Positions 29,672 to 38,246 of a DNA stretch of 64,000 nucleotides are shown here, piece after piece. The DNA is from a virus, in the IMG/VR virus record IMGVR_UViG_3300043395_002359, positions 29,041 through 93,040 of that record. One strand, written 5' to 3'. Under the pieces are notes generated by a model, which did no database searches, was not told the DNA's origin, and saw only the letters and a program-made list of their open reading frames with translations. Every line of letters starts with the position of its first letter. Position 1 is the first letter of the stretch. A program made the translations under genes and the position numbers.

Positions 29672-30382
29672 ATGGCAGACGTACCCAATCTCGCTGGTAT
29701 TGCAACCCAGGACTTAGTTGAGACCATTGGTAGTGGCTCCTACAAGGCCAGTTACATAAACTGGGCCAGGACCATGAACCTGCTGCATGAGCACGCTCCT
29801 GGCTGGGCTCCTGAAATGCTGCCTACCAGTGATGGAGGCTGGGTCCACCCGGCCCCTGGTTCAGGCGGCTTTCTGATGATTCGCTTTGTCCACACCGATG
29901 GATCCGTGCGGCCCGCTTACCCGCAAAGCATCATGGATCATCGAAACAATGCCATACCCTTAGATAAAATCACGGCCAGAGACGTAACCGACACACATAG
30001 ACGCGGTTCCTGTATGGCCGCTGCCATGGAATTTGGCTTGGGGCATGAGCTGTGGGCAAAGATGCCACTGGAAAGTGGCTACCATGACGAGCCAGGAACC
30101 GCTCCAAGCAGTCCTACTACAGCAGGCTTTAAGGCCCAGAAGTCAGCGACCCAGAAGGACTTCCTCGAGGCTTGTCTTGATAAAGGTCTTACCAGTTATG
30201 CAGCGGATAATCTCCTGAGTCTGATCAATGGCAATTACGAAGGAGGCCTCAGAACACTGGCAAGTAAAACGGTAGAATGGGTTGCCGAGCAAAACGCAAA
30301 GGCAGAGCCCCCTACTGAGGAAGCACAGAATAGCAAAGCACCAAAAAAGACAACAAGCAAGCCGAAACCGGAGGATTACTGA
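29672..30382 (+). CDS. Single-strand annealing protein (DUF1071/Sak3-like)
   Basis: ASYINWA...SIMDHRNNAI...RDVTDTHRRG...GLGHELWA. Confidence 0.75.
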   Translation: MADVPNLAGIATQDLVETIGSGSYKASYINWARTMNLLHEHAPGWAPEMLPTSDGGWVHPAPGSGGFLMIRFVHTDGSVRPAYPQSIMDHRNNAIPLDKITARDVTDTHRRGSCMAAAMEFGLGHELWAKMPLESGYHDEPGTAPSSPTTAGFKAQKSATQKDFLEACLDKGLTSYAADNLLSLINGNYEGGLRTLASKTVEWVAEQNAKAEPPTEEAQNSKAPKKTTSKPKPEDY

Positions 30383-30498
30383 TTGACCCAAGATTCCCTC
30401 GTCTTCTTGATGAGGGAATCGAATTCAAGGGATTCTCTATTGATTGGGCCGCAGAACAGCTTGCAAAAGCTTTTGATGGCCTCATCGTAAGAGATTAT

Positions 30499-30523
30499 AA
30501 AGGGCCTTAGACGGCCCTTTTCC
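30499..30523 (+). terminator. Probable terminator
   Basis: AAAGGGCC-TTAGAC-GGCCCTTTT. Confidence 0.6.
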
Positions 30524-30554
30524 TTTGCTAGCATCGGTTGGACGCACACGGCAC

Positions 30555-31379
30555 ATGGCCAATTCGGCTTCAGGACAGGAGGACTTGACGGCATGGATGA
30601 ACACAGCCGGTAGGTATAAACTCCTATCCGAAGAGGAGATCCTTGGCATTTCAAGGAAAATCAAGGCTTCTAATCCTGGATCTGCACAGTATGCAAAGTA
30701 TGTAAATAAGTTAACCATTCATAATCTCAGGCTTGTTACCAAGTTTGTTAATTCATTTATGAATGGCAAAACGAGGAAAAACTTTGGCTGTCCAGAGACG
30801 GTTGATTATTTGCAGGTTGGCTCTCTTGGCCTGAGAAGGGCTGCCGAATGCTTTGACCCTACCGCTGGTTATAAGTTCTCAACATACGCCTACCCGTGGA
30901 TTAGGTCGTTTGTGAGCAGGTATAACATGAAGATATCCAGCATTTTTCATGTGCCGGAGAACGCCCTAAGGGATAGTTGGCATTACGAAAAGCATGGCGT
31001 CCTTTTTACCAAGGACAAAAAGATCAAGCGCGATGAGCAGTATTGCCTAGATTTGATAACAAGGGTAAAGGCTGCTCAAGCATTCGTTTCACTAGACATG
31101 CCGATCTCTAGTGATAATGACAATTTAATGACACTTGGCACTCTCATAGAGAGCCATTATGGTACATCAGTAAATGATGGCGAGTTTTCTGCCGAGATTG
31201 AGGACATGATCAGAAACGCTGGTCTTACCAAGATTCAGGTAGAAATCATTAAGTCTTACTACCTGGACGGGATAACAATGGAACAAATTTCATGCTTGCA
31301 TGACCTCACCCGCGAGAAGATTAAATCCTTGAAGGATTCCGCGATAAAGTCCCTCAGGGCTATTAATGGATTGGTATAA
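30555..31379 (+). CDS. RpoD/group-2-like sigma-70 factor
   Basis: Region 1.2 AGRYKLLSEEE; region 2 HNLRLV...FDPTAGYKFSTYAYPWIR; SLDMP; region 4 HTH. Confidence 0.9.
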   Translation: MANSASGQEDLTAWMNTAGRYKLLSEEEILGISRKIKASNPGSAQYAKYVNKLTIHNLRLVTKFVNSFMNGKTRKNFGCPETVDYLQVGSLGLRRAAECFDPTAGYKFSTYAYPWIRSFVSRYNMKISSIFHVPENALRDSWHYEKHGVLFTKDKKIKRDEQYCLDLITRVKAAQAFVSLDMPISSDNDNLMTLGTLIESHYGTSVNDGEFSAEIEDMIRNAGLTKIQVEIIKSYYLDGITMEQISCLHDLTREKIKSLKDSAIKSLRAINGLV

Positions 31380-31406
31380 TGTAGTGTAAACCCCTTAACG
31401 GGAACG

Positions 31407-31835
31407 ATGGCTACAATTAGTATTGCGGGTACTGTAACTGGTAAAGCCGGTGAATCGGCAGTTACCTTGAAGACCTTCCCCTCGCGTTTCCCTGGCAGTG
31501 ATGGCGATACCGTCGCAACCTTCAGTGTTGCCGACCGCGCTTATGTCTATGCCAAGCAAGGCGAAGAGCGCCAAGGTCAGTTCTATAGAGTTGAAGTGCG
31601 TGGCAAGGCTGCAGAAATCTGCAGTGAGCGAATCAAGCGCGGTGACAAGATCGCTGTCAGCGGTCAACTCGTCCAACGCACTTATCAAGACAAACTCTTC
31701 CTTGACGTTAAAAACGCATCCGTAACCTTCCTCGATGAAGGTCAGGGCGGCGGCGGCCAGGCCCAGACTCAAGGAGGTGTTCAAGCCCGTCGCGGGGCTC
31801 GACCGGCCCCTGTCGAGGATGAGCTGCCCTTCTGA
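31407..31835 (+). CDS. ssb: Single-stranded DNA-binding protein
   Basis: OB-fold pattern (TFSVAD, RVEVRGKAAE, GDKIAVSGQL) and acidic DELPF tail. Confidence 0.9.
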   Translation: MATISIAGTVTGKAGESAVTLKTFPSRFPGSDGDTVATFSVADRAYVYAKQGEERQGQFYRVEVRGKAAEICSERIKRGDKIAVSGQLVQRTYQDKLFLDVKNASVTFLDEGQGGGGQAQTQGGVQARRGARPAPVEDELPF

Positions 31836-31857
31836 CGCTAAGGCCGAGGGTTTCATT

Positions 31858-31880
31858 GGCGGCCATTGTGGCCGCCTTTA
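31858..31880 (+). terminator. Probable terminator
   Basis: GGCGGCC-ATTGT-GGCCGCC-TTTA. Confidence 0.55.
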
Positions 31881-31884
31881 TACT

Positions 31885-32355
31885 ATGGATACAGTTACTA
31901 CCATGGCGAATGATGAGTGCTGCATGGATGGCATTGCCGGCTGTGTGGGCACTCTGATAGATGATTTGCCACTATTAACCACCGCTCATGTCAGGCCTTA
32001 TATTATCGCCATCCTGCTCCACAGAGGGGCGGTCAGGCCTCATGAAGCACTTTCTAGTATTAGCCCACATTGCAGAGTGTCGGATCTAAGGGTCGGTGAA
32101 TGGGATCCGCTTGAGCAAGACTGGTCCGAGGAGACCAGAGCGGAGCGGTTAATAGACGAAGTTCTCGGTGAACTAATTTCCGAGGGCATAGTAAGATACA
32201 ATGAAGAGATGGACTTATGGGTTCTTGCTTCAAATCAAATATCAACAATAATATCTTGGGTCGCTGCAATGGGCGCAAGGATGCCCCAGCACGTTCTTTT
32301 GGAAATGAGCAGAGACCAAATCAAAAGAATACCACAGTACATAGAATTATCCTGA
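31885..32355 (+). CDS. Hypothetical protein
   Basis: Protein-like ORF; start 31885 or 31903. Confidence 0.7.
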   Translation: MDTVTTMANDECCMDGIAGCVGTLIDDLPLLTTAHVRPYIIAILLHRGAVRPHEALSSISPHCRVSDLRVGEWDPLEQDWSEETRAERLIDEVLGELISEGIVRYNEEMDLWVLASNQISTIISWVAAMGARMPQHVLLEMSRDQIKRIPQYIELS

Positions 32356-32357
32356 TT

Positions 32358-32594
32358 ATGTCACCAACCAAAAGCAAAAAGTCAACCGAATTTGACAGGC
32401 TGTCTAGACCTTCTTTCCCATTACCCGTTCTCCCGAGAGGATCGAAGGTTCAAGTTTACATGGGCGCCGGATGGAGTATGGGATTTGTTGTACACAGTCA
32501 GCAGGATAGCTGTTCTGTTAGACTAAGTATTGGTAACAGATTGATAACGGTACGCGATGCAAGGTCAATTAGGCAAGCTGTTGCAAACGACTGA
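32358..32594 (+). CDS. Small SH3/Tudor-like hypothetical protein
   Basis: GSKVQVY..GW..G.V beta pattern. Confidence 0.55.
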   Translation: MSPTKSKKSTEFDRLSRPSFPLPVLPRGSKVQVYMGAGWSMGFVVHSQQDSCSVRLSIGNRLITVRDARSIRQAVAND

Positions 32595-32610
32595 CTCTTC
32601 CTTGTCAGAT

Positions 32611-33015
32611 ATGGAGATCACCGCAACTCAAAAAGAAATCTCAGTTATTTGTGACAATGTAAAGAACTTGCTTCTATCTAAAAACAAAAAATATGGCGAT
32701 TCTGCACTAAATCCAGCGAGGGTCTTCAGTAAAGCGAATGCGACCGAGCAAATCCTGGTCAGAATTGATGATAAATTGTCAAGAATTGCCAGAGGCGTAG
32801 GCCTATTTGCTAATGACGAAGACGTTATCAATGATCTGATAGGCTACCTTGTTCTGCTCAAAATCTCTTTAAAAAGAGAGGCTGGCCAGGCGTGGGACGG
32901 CACAGATATTGATTCTTTCGCCAAAACGCCTAATCATTGGGACTCTAGTGTATTGCCTGGTTCGGATGGGCAGGATTTGCTCGAATTGCACAAATCAGGC
33001 GACAAGTTTGCCTGA
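32611..33015 (+). CDS. DUF1599-like (nucleotide-modification-associated) protein
   Basis: KNKKYGDS...VRIDDKLSRI...EDVINDLIGYLVL. Confidence 0.75.
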   Translation: MEITATQKEISVICDNVKNLLLSKNKKYGDSALNPARVFSKANATEQILVRIDDKLSRIARGVGLFANDEDVINDLIGYLVLLKISLKREAGQAWDGTDIDSFAKTPNHWDSSVLPGSDGQDLLELHKSGDKFA

Positions 33016-33364
33016 CTATACAATTGTAATCAAGCAACCCCTATTCTCCAAGGCTAGACCAAGGCTCACCAGGAGCGGCCACGCCTATATGCCACCTGCC
33101 TACAAGACAGCTCAGGCTGTAATGAGGAAGCAAATAAAAGAACAATGGCATGAGGGCCCCCTCGAGGGGCCTATTTCATTGTCAATCAAGGTAAAAGGTG
33201 AAGGCAGAGGAGATACCGACAACATAGCAGGTGCATTTATGGATGTAGCTCAAGGCATAATCTTTACTGATGACAGGGTCAGTGTTATACCGAGCCTCTC
33301 GATAGTATGGGAGAAGGCGACGAAGGCAAAATCGGAATGGATAATCGAGATAAGGTTGTTATAA
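33008..33364 (+). CDS. rusA: RusA-like Holliday junction resolvase
   Basis: SKARPR...GDTDNIAGAFMD...IFTDD. Confidence 0.8.
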   Translation: MPDYTIVIKQPLFSKARPRLTRSGHAYMPPAYKTAQAVMRKQIKEQWHEGPLEGPISLSIKVKGEGRGDTDNIAGAFMDVAQGIIFTDDRVSVIPSLSIVWEKATKAKSEWIIEIRLL

Positions 33365-33386
33365 TGTGGATCATATTGGTCGATGC

Positions 33387-34226
33387 ATGGCCGCCGTCGC
33401 GTATAACCAGCCCGATGCTGACTACCGCAGAGAGCTTGGCGAAAACCAGAGCTACCTGAAGAACATACTGGTAAGTCCTGCTCACTACAAAGCAGCGAAG
33501 GTAAGGCGCTTTCCTGTTACCACAAATATGGAAGTCGGTTCGGCTCTTCACTGCAAGGCGCTTGAAGGTGATGATGAGTTCAACCAAAGGTTTTTACTGA
33601 AACCAGATGGTATAGCTTTTAATACCAAAGAAGGGAAGGACTGGAAGGCTTCAAACAAGGGAAAGACTATTTTAGCGAAACAGGACTATGACAATGTCCT
33701 GGGAATGGCAGAAGCACTGTCTAGATTCGACTGGTTTAATCCCGATCAACCTGATTACAGGAAATACAACGAACTGTCTATCTATTGGGAGGCGGATGGC
33801 ATCCCCTGCAAGGGAAGGCTCGACAGACTGGTCGAGATGGATGACCATCTTCTTGTCTTGGATCTTAAGACAACTGATTCAGTTGATTTCTCTACCTTTT
33901 TGAAAAAAGTTGTAGGGGGAATGAACTATGTATTTCAGGCTGCCTGGTACGCTGAGGCCGCTAGCCTGGCTTTTAATAAACCAGCTAAGTTCGTCTTTAT
34001 CGGCATCGAAAGAGCCGAGCCTTGGGCTACAGGCGTTTTCGAGGTGTCAGATGACATGATGACAGAAGGTATTGCTCAAATCAACAAAGCAAGAAAAATA
34101 TTAAAGGAATGCCTTAGGACCAAGGAATGGCCAAGGCCCAAAGTATCTTATAATGTGCTTGAGCTACCTACGTGGTACCGCACGCTAGCCGACGAAGGTT
34201 CCATTCACGAAGGAGACCTATTCTGA
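33387..34226 (+). CDS. PD-(D/E)XK exonuclease (RecE/exoVIII C-terminal-like)
   Basis: SPAHY, GSALH, CKGRLDR, LDLKTT, YVFQAAWY. Confidence 0.85.
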   Translation: MAAVAYNQPDADYRRELGENQSYLKNILVSPAHYKAAKVRRFPVTTNMEVGSALHCKALEGDDEFNQRFLLKPDGIAFNTKEGKDWKASNKGKTILAKQDYDNVLGMAEALSRFDWFNPDQPDYRKYNELSIYWEADGIPCKGRLDRLVEMDDHLLVLDLKTTDSVDFSTFLKKVVGGMNYVFQAAWYAEAASLAFNKPAKFVFIGIERAEPWATGVFEVSDDMMTEGIAQINKARKILKECLRTKEWPRPKVSYNVLELPTWYRTLADEGSIHEGDLF

Positions 34227-34432
34227 TGACCACTTCAAAAGAGATAAATGTTTCCCAGATGGGATTCCTCGGCTGGCTTGGAATTCTGTTTATCGGATTA
34301 AAGCTCACCGGCTTTATCAATTGGCCATGGTTATGGGTGCTTGCGCCAATATGGATACCGTTATCGATAGGCCTTGCCGTAGCAATAATCATGCTTGTAT
34401 TGTTATTAATTTTTAAGGCATTCGACAAATGA
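34226..34432 (+). CDS. Small membrane protein
   Basis: LFIGLKLTGFINWPWLWVLAPIW motif common in phages. Confidence 0.75.
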   Translation: MTTSKEINVSQMGFLGWLGILFIGLKLTGFINWPWLWVLAPIWIPLSIGLAVAIIMLVLLLIFKAFDK

Positions 34433-35181
34433 GACCAGTTAAAGCAAAAGATCTACTTGCTCTTGACCCAAATCTTAATGTTGTCAAGTTGCAGAGTTAC
34501 CCTATCCCTGAGCTTGTGATCTGGCAGGCGGCCAAGGGCGATTACTCCGAGATCCCTGTCCATGAGCTAGAGCCGCCTTCGCCAAGCGAATGCGGCAAAT
34601 GGGTGGTCGAGTCTCTGTTGGCCAACGATAGAGGGCACTGGGGCCCCCTGGAGCATCCCCAGATCACATTCTCATGCAGCGGTTTTGTCCATAATGTAAT
34701 GGTTCAGGCTCGTACCCACAGGATTGGTACGACCTGGGACGTTCAATCGCAACGCTACACAGGCAAGCGCGTTTTGAAAGTTGCGAATGGCGAGATCGAT
34801 ATTGAAGACGTTTTCTATATCAGGCCATGTGGCCTTTATACCAACAGACTTGGCAAGAAATACGAGATAACTGAAGCCTGGCGATCTGTCAAGCGCGATG
34901 ACATTTTGACGGCATGCCGCTCCTATGCATTTGATTATGAAAATGGCATGGCCGAGGAGCTTATACGTGATTTCCTGCCACAATGCATTCGTCAGAACTT
35001 TGTAGTGTCTTTTAATTTAAGATCTTTGTTGCATTTTCTTGACCTTAGATCCAAGCTGGACGCGCAAATCGAAATTCAGGCGCTTTGTGAAGCATTAACA
35101 CCAGAGCTACAGATGTGGGCGCCTAACATTTGGAAATATTACGAGGAGAAAAGACTGTACAAAGCACGCCTATCGCCCTGA
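34429..35181 (+). CDS. thyX: Flavin-dependent thymidylate synthase
   Basis: GHWGPLEH, QARTHRIGTTWDVQSQRY, NLRSLLHFLDLR...AQIEI. Confidence 0.93.
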   Translation: MRPVKAKDLLALDPNLNVVKLQSYPIPELVIWQAAKGDYSEIPVHELEPPSPSECGKWVVESLLANDRGHWGPLEHPQITFSCSGFVHNVMVQARTHRIGTTWDVQSQRYTGKRVLKVANGEIDIEDVFYIRPCGLYTNRLGKKYEITEAWRSVKRDDILTACRSYAFDYENGMAEELIRDFLPQCIRQNFVVSFNLRSLLHFLDLRSKLDAQIEIQALCEALTPELQMWAPNIWKYYEEKRLYKARLSP

Positions 35182-35195
35182 TCGGCGGTTATATT

Positions 35196-35205
35196 GGAAT
35201 AATAG
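35196..35205 (+). promoter_or_regulatory. Putative late promoter variant (GGAATAATAG)
   Basis: Begins 26 nt before ATG 35222 of the terminase unit. Confidence 0.5.
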
Positions 35206-35221
35206 TTAGCGCTTGGGCGAG

Positions 35222-35851
35222 ATGCCAACAGTGTCAGAATGGCGTGAAGCTAAGCCGCCCAAGGGCGAGCCTGGTCCTATTTTCAATTTCAGAAAAGGTT
35301 ACAACGTAAACAAGGCCGGGATACACGAAAGTTCCGACCAATATGTTTGCTTCCAGAAGTACCTTTTACTGCAGGGCAGCAGGGAATGGAAGGAGCTGGC
35401 CAGCATTACCAATCACCACGACGTTACTCTGTCAAGGTGGGCGGAAATGTTCAACTGGGAGAAGCGTGCTGCTGAATGGGATAGAAGGCAGATGGCAATA
35501 GTGTGGAAGGAGGCGCAAAAATTTCAAAGGAATAATCACAAGGAAGCAATTGTAGAATTCAGGGAGTCGTCGGAGCGACAGGCCAAGATGATGGCCAATG
35601 TATCCGAAGATTTACTTAGAGTGCTTGGCAAGCGTATCGCGAAAGCCGAAGAAGAAGGAGAGGAGGTACCAATGGCGCTGGTCTCCGGCTTACTGCGTGC
35701 GGCTGCCAATATTAGCGAGCAATCGCGTCAATCCTGGGCCAACGCTCTTGGCATCAACGAAATGCTAGAGATGGTTGAGGCAGAAATCGACAAAGTTTCT
35801 GTTGAAGAGGTAACAGATGTTGACGCCTACGAGATCCCACTCGATGAGTAA
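35222..35851 (+). CDS. terS: Terminase small subunit (probable)
   Basis: RWAEMFNWEKRAAEWD motif, helical, upstream of TerL. Confidence 0.65.
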   Translation: MPTVSEWREAKPPKGEPGPIFNFRKGYNVNKAGIHESSDQYVCFQKYLLLQGSREWKELASITNHHDVTLSRWAEMFNWEKRAAEWDRRQMAIVWKEAQKFQRNNHKEAIVEFRESSERQAKMMANVSEDLLRVLGKRIAKAEEEGEEVPMALVSGLLRAAANISEQSRQSWANALGINEMLEMVEAEIDKVSVEEVTDVDAYEIPLDE

Positions 35852-36053
35852 TTACGCAAATCCTGACTTCCCAATGAATGTCTTGTACGACGAAGGAGGT
35901 TCCATTACCTTTGAGTGGGACGAAAATCATCCTGTAACTTCTGTATTTAATACATGGACTGAAAATGATTTCATGGAAGCAATACTAGCTGGCTGCAGAG
36001 AAACGCTAGGAGACGAGGAATTCGATAGAATTAGAAAAGAACATCAAGAATAA
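35844..36053 (+). CDS. Hypothetical protein between terS and terL
   Basis: 69 aa acidic ORF. Confidence 0.65.
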   Translation: MSNYANPDFPMNVLYDEGGSITFEWDENHPVTSVFNTWTENDFMEAILAGCRETLGDEEFDRIRKEHQE

Positions 36054-37556
36054 ATGGCGACTAGGGCTGGCAAACGATTACTAGAGAGGGCTGCTTCTGA
36101 CCGCGAAATGGTTCGCGAGTTAAGAAGAGTAAAAACCCAAAAGAAGGAAGCCGGCCAGCGAGTCATTCTTCATAAGTTCATAAAAGAAGTATCACCGAAC
36201 TATAAATTCTATAAAGTACATGCAGAGCTAACAAAGCAGTTGCAGCGTATAATCGACGGCGAATGCAAAAGATTGATCATACAAATTCCACCACGAACCG
36301 GAAAATCATTCCTGTCGTCTAAGCTTTTCCCCGCTGCGTATCTCCTGGCTCATCCGGATAGATATACTGGCATAGTGTCATACAGTGCCGAGTTGGCTGA
36401 GGGATTTTCAAGATCGGCGAGGGACTACTACAGACAGGGCAGTGGCACCTTTGACCCATATAAGCAGGCCGTCAACGACTGGGGTACGCAGGGAGGCGGC
36501 GGGCTATGGGCTGCCGGCGTTGGCGGCGCTATTACCGGCCGCTCTGGCCACCTTCTGATCATTGACGACCCCGTCAAGAACAGAGAAGATGCCGATAGCC
36601 CTAGGGTAATGGAGAAGCTATGGGACTGGTACACTTCTACCCTGTATACACGACTCGAGCCAGGTGTCGGTTCTATTGTTGTCATTCAAACAAGATGGAG
36701 TGAGAATGACCTTATTGGACGGCTTATTGAGTCTGAAATGAATGTTTCAGAGAAAGGCCGGGAGAACTGGACGATACTCGATCTGCCGGCGATATCAGAG
36801 GATCCAGGTTCGCGGCCACCGCTGCCATCTCATTGCGAAGTCGTCCCAGACTGGCGCGAAGAGCCAGGATTGGCGCTTTGTCCGCAACGATATGGCATCG
36901 ATGAATATGAGCGTATTCGCGAGGCAATCGGCACCAGGGATTTTGCTGCGTTATACCAGCAGCGTCCTGCACCAGAAGGTGGCAATATGTTTGATCCTTC
37001 TTGGTGGCAGTATTATGACTACTCTACGGAATTGCCTGAATTCCAAAGGATAATGCTTAGCATTGACTGTACTTTTACAAATGCTAAAAACAGTGACTTT
37101 GTGGTTGGGTCGGTTGTTGCTCAGGCCGGCAACAGGTTTTACGTATTAGACATGGCAAGAGAAAGAACTGATATAATGGGCACAATAGCAATTGTGTCAA
37201 GAATGTACAATAACCATAATCTTAGTGGTACTATAATCGAGCTTGCGGCATCTGGGTATGCTGCTTATCAGATTTTATCAAAGAAAATCCCTGGCCTAAT
37301 TGGCTTTAGACCGGAAAAATCAAAAATAGCAAGAGCCACCGGGATTATCCCAATAGTTGAGGCCGGCAATGTTTACCTACCCAAAAGCGCCCCTTGGCTT
37401 GATGCATTTGTCAATGAGTTCAGCCTGTTTCCTGCTGCCAAGAACGATGATATTGTTGACTCTATATCAATGGCCATAAATTATATGTCACAACGAACAG
37501 CGCCAGCTATGACTGAAGTTAGCTGGGGCCGAGGTACTGCCTTACCCTATTCTTGA
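36054..37556 (+). CDS. terL: Terminase large subunit
   Basis: PPRTGKS Walker A, LLIIDDPVK Walker B, ALYQQRP, SIDCTF, NDDIVDS. Confidence 0.95.
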   Translation: MATRAGKRLLERAASDREMVRELRRVKTQKKEAGQRVILHKFIKEVSPNYKFYKVHAELTKQLQRIIDGECKRLIIQIPPRTGKSFLSSKLFPAAYLLAHPDRYTGIVSYSAELAEGFSRSARDYYRQGSGTFDPYKQAVNDWGTQGGGGLWAAGVGGAITGRSGHLLIIDDPVKNREDADSPRVMEKLWDWYTSTLYTRLEPGVGSIVVIQTRWSENDLIGRLIESEMNVSEKGRENWTILDLPAISEDPGSRPPLPSHCEVVPDWREEPGLALCPQRYGIDEYERIREAIGTRDFAALYQQRPAPEGGNMFDPSWWQYYDYSTELPEFQRIMLSIDCTFTNAKNSDFVVGSVVAQAGNRFYVLDMARERTDIMGTIAIVSRMYNNHNLSGTIIELAASGYAAYQILSKKIPGLIGFRPEKSKIARATGIIPIVEAGNVYLPKSAPWLDAFVNEFSLFPAAKNDDIVDSISMAINYMSQRTAPAMTEVSWGRGTALPYS

Positions 37557-37559
37557 ATC

Positions 37560-38189
37560 ATGGCCAGAAAACCTTTCGATTTTAAGCTTACGCCTGAACA
37601 ACAGAAGATGGCGATAGCTAATATTAACTTAGCCAGAAGAGAGGCTTGGCGGATACAGAGAACTACCGGAATAGAGTATTCTGTTCTCGAGGGGGCAGCT
37701 TTTCTTGGCCTTTGCAAGGCCTGCAATCGCTACGATGTTGAATCTGGATATAAGTTCTCCAGCTTGGCAACACCGACAATCAGGGGAGAGCTTTTGCATT
37801 GGGTTAGAGACAGAACGTATGCGATGCGTTTATCTCATAAGATGCGCGAAAATTGGATAAAAGGAAGACGAATGATATTTGACGGGAAAAGCGATTTAGA
37901 GGTTTCCGCTTTTCTAGGCATATCACTTCAGGAATGGCAGGAAGTCAGGTCTGCCTGCAGTGGGCCGCCGCTTGAGCTAAAAGACCAGGCAATGCCTTCT
38001 GATCCACTTGAGCCGGAAGAGTTCGACTTCAAGGATGATTACCGGCTGAAGGCCGATGTTGTCCTTGAGCAGATGTCGGAGAAGGAGATCAATACTATGA
38101 TTGCGTATTATAAGGGCGATACCTCGAAGCCACCAGCTCGATTGTTTAATTCTTTCTGTAATTTCCTCAGGACAAAAGAACTTTTGTAA
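37560..38189 (+). CDS. SigF/SigB-like (group 3) sigma factor with degenerate region 4
   Basis: GLCKACNRYDVESGYKFSSLATPTIRGELLHWVRDR; region 3 present; no clear 4.2 HTH. Confidence 0.85.
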   Translation: MARKPFDFKLTPEQQKMAIANINLARREAWRIQRTTGIEYSVLEGAAFLGLCKACNRYDVESGYKFSSLATPTIRGELLHWVRDRTYAMRLSHKMRENWIKGRRMIFDGKSDLEVSAFLGISLQEWQEVRSACSGPPLELKDQAMPSDPLEPEEFDFKDDYRLKADVVLEQMSEKEINTMIAYYKGDTSKPPARLFNSFCNFLRTKELL

Positions 38190-38246
38190 AGGGTATTGCG
38201 CTTTGGCCAGGGGCCGCTAGGCTGCCTAAGCCTTATCATTGAACTG

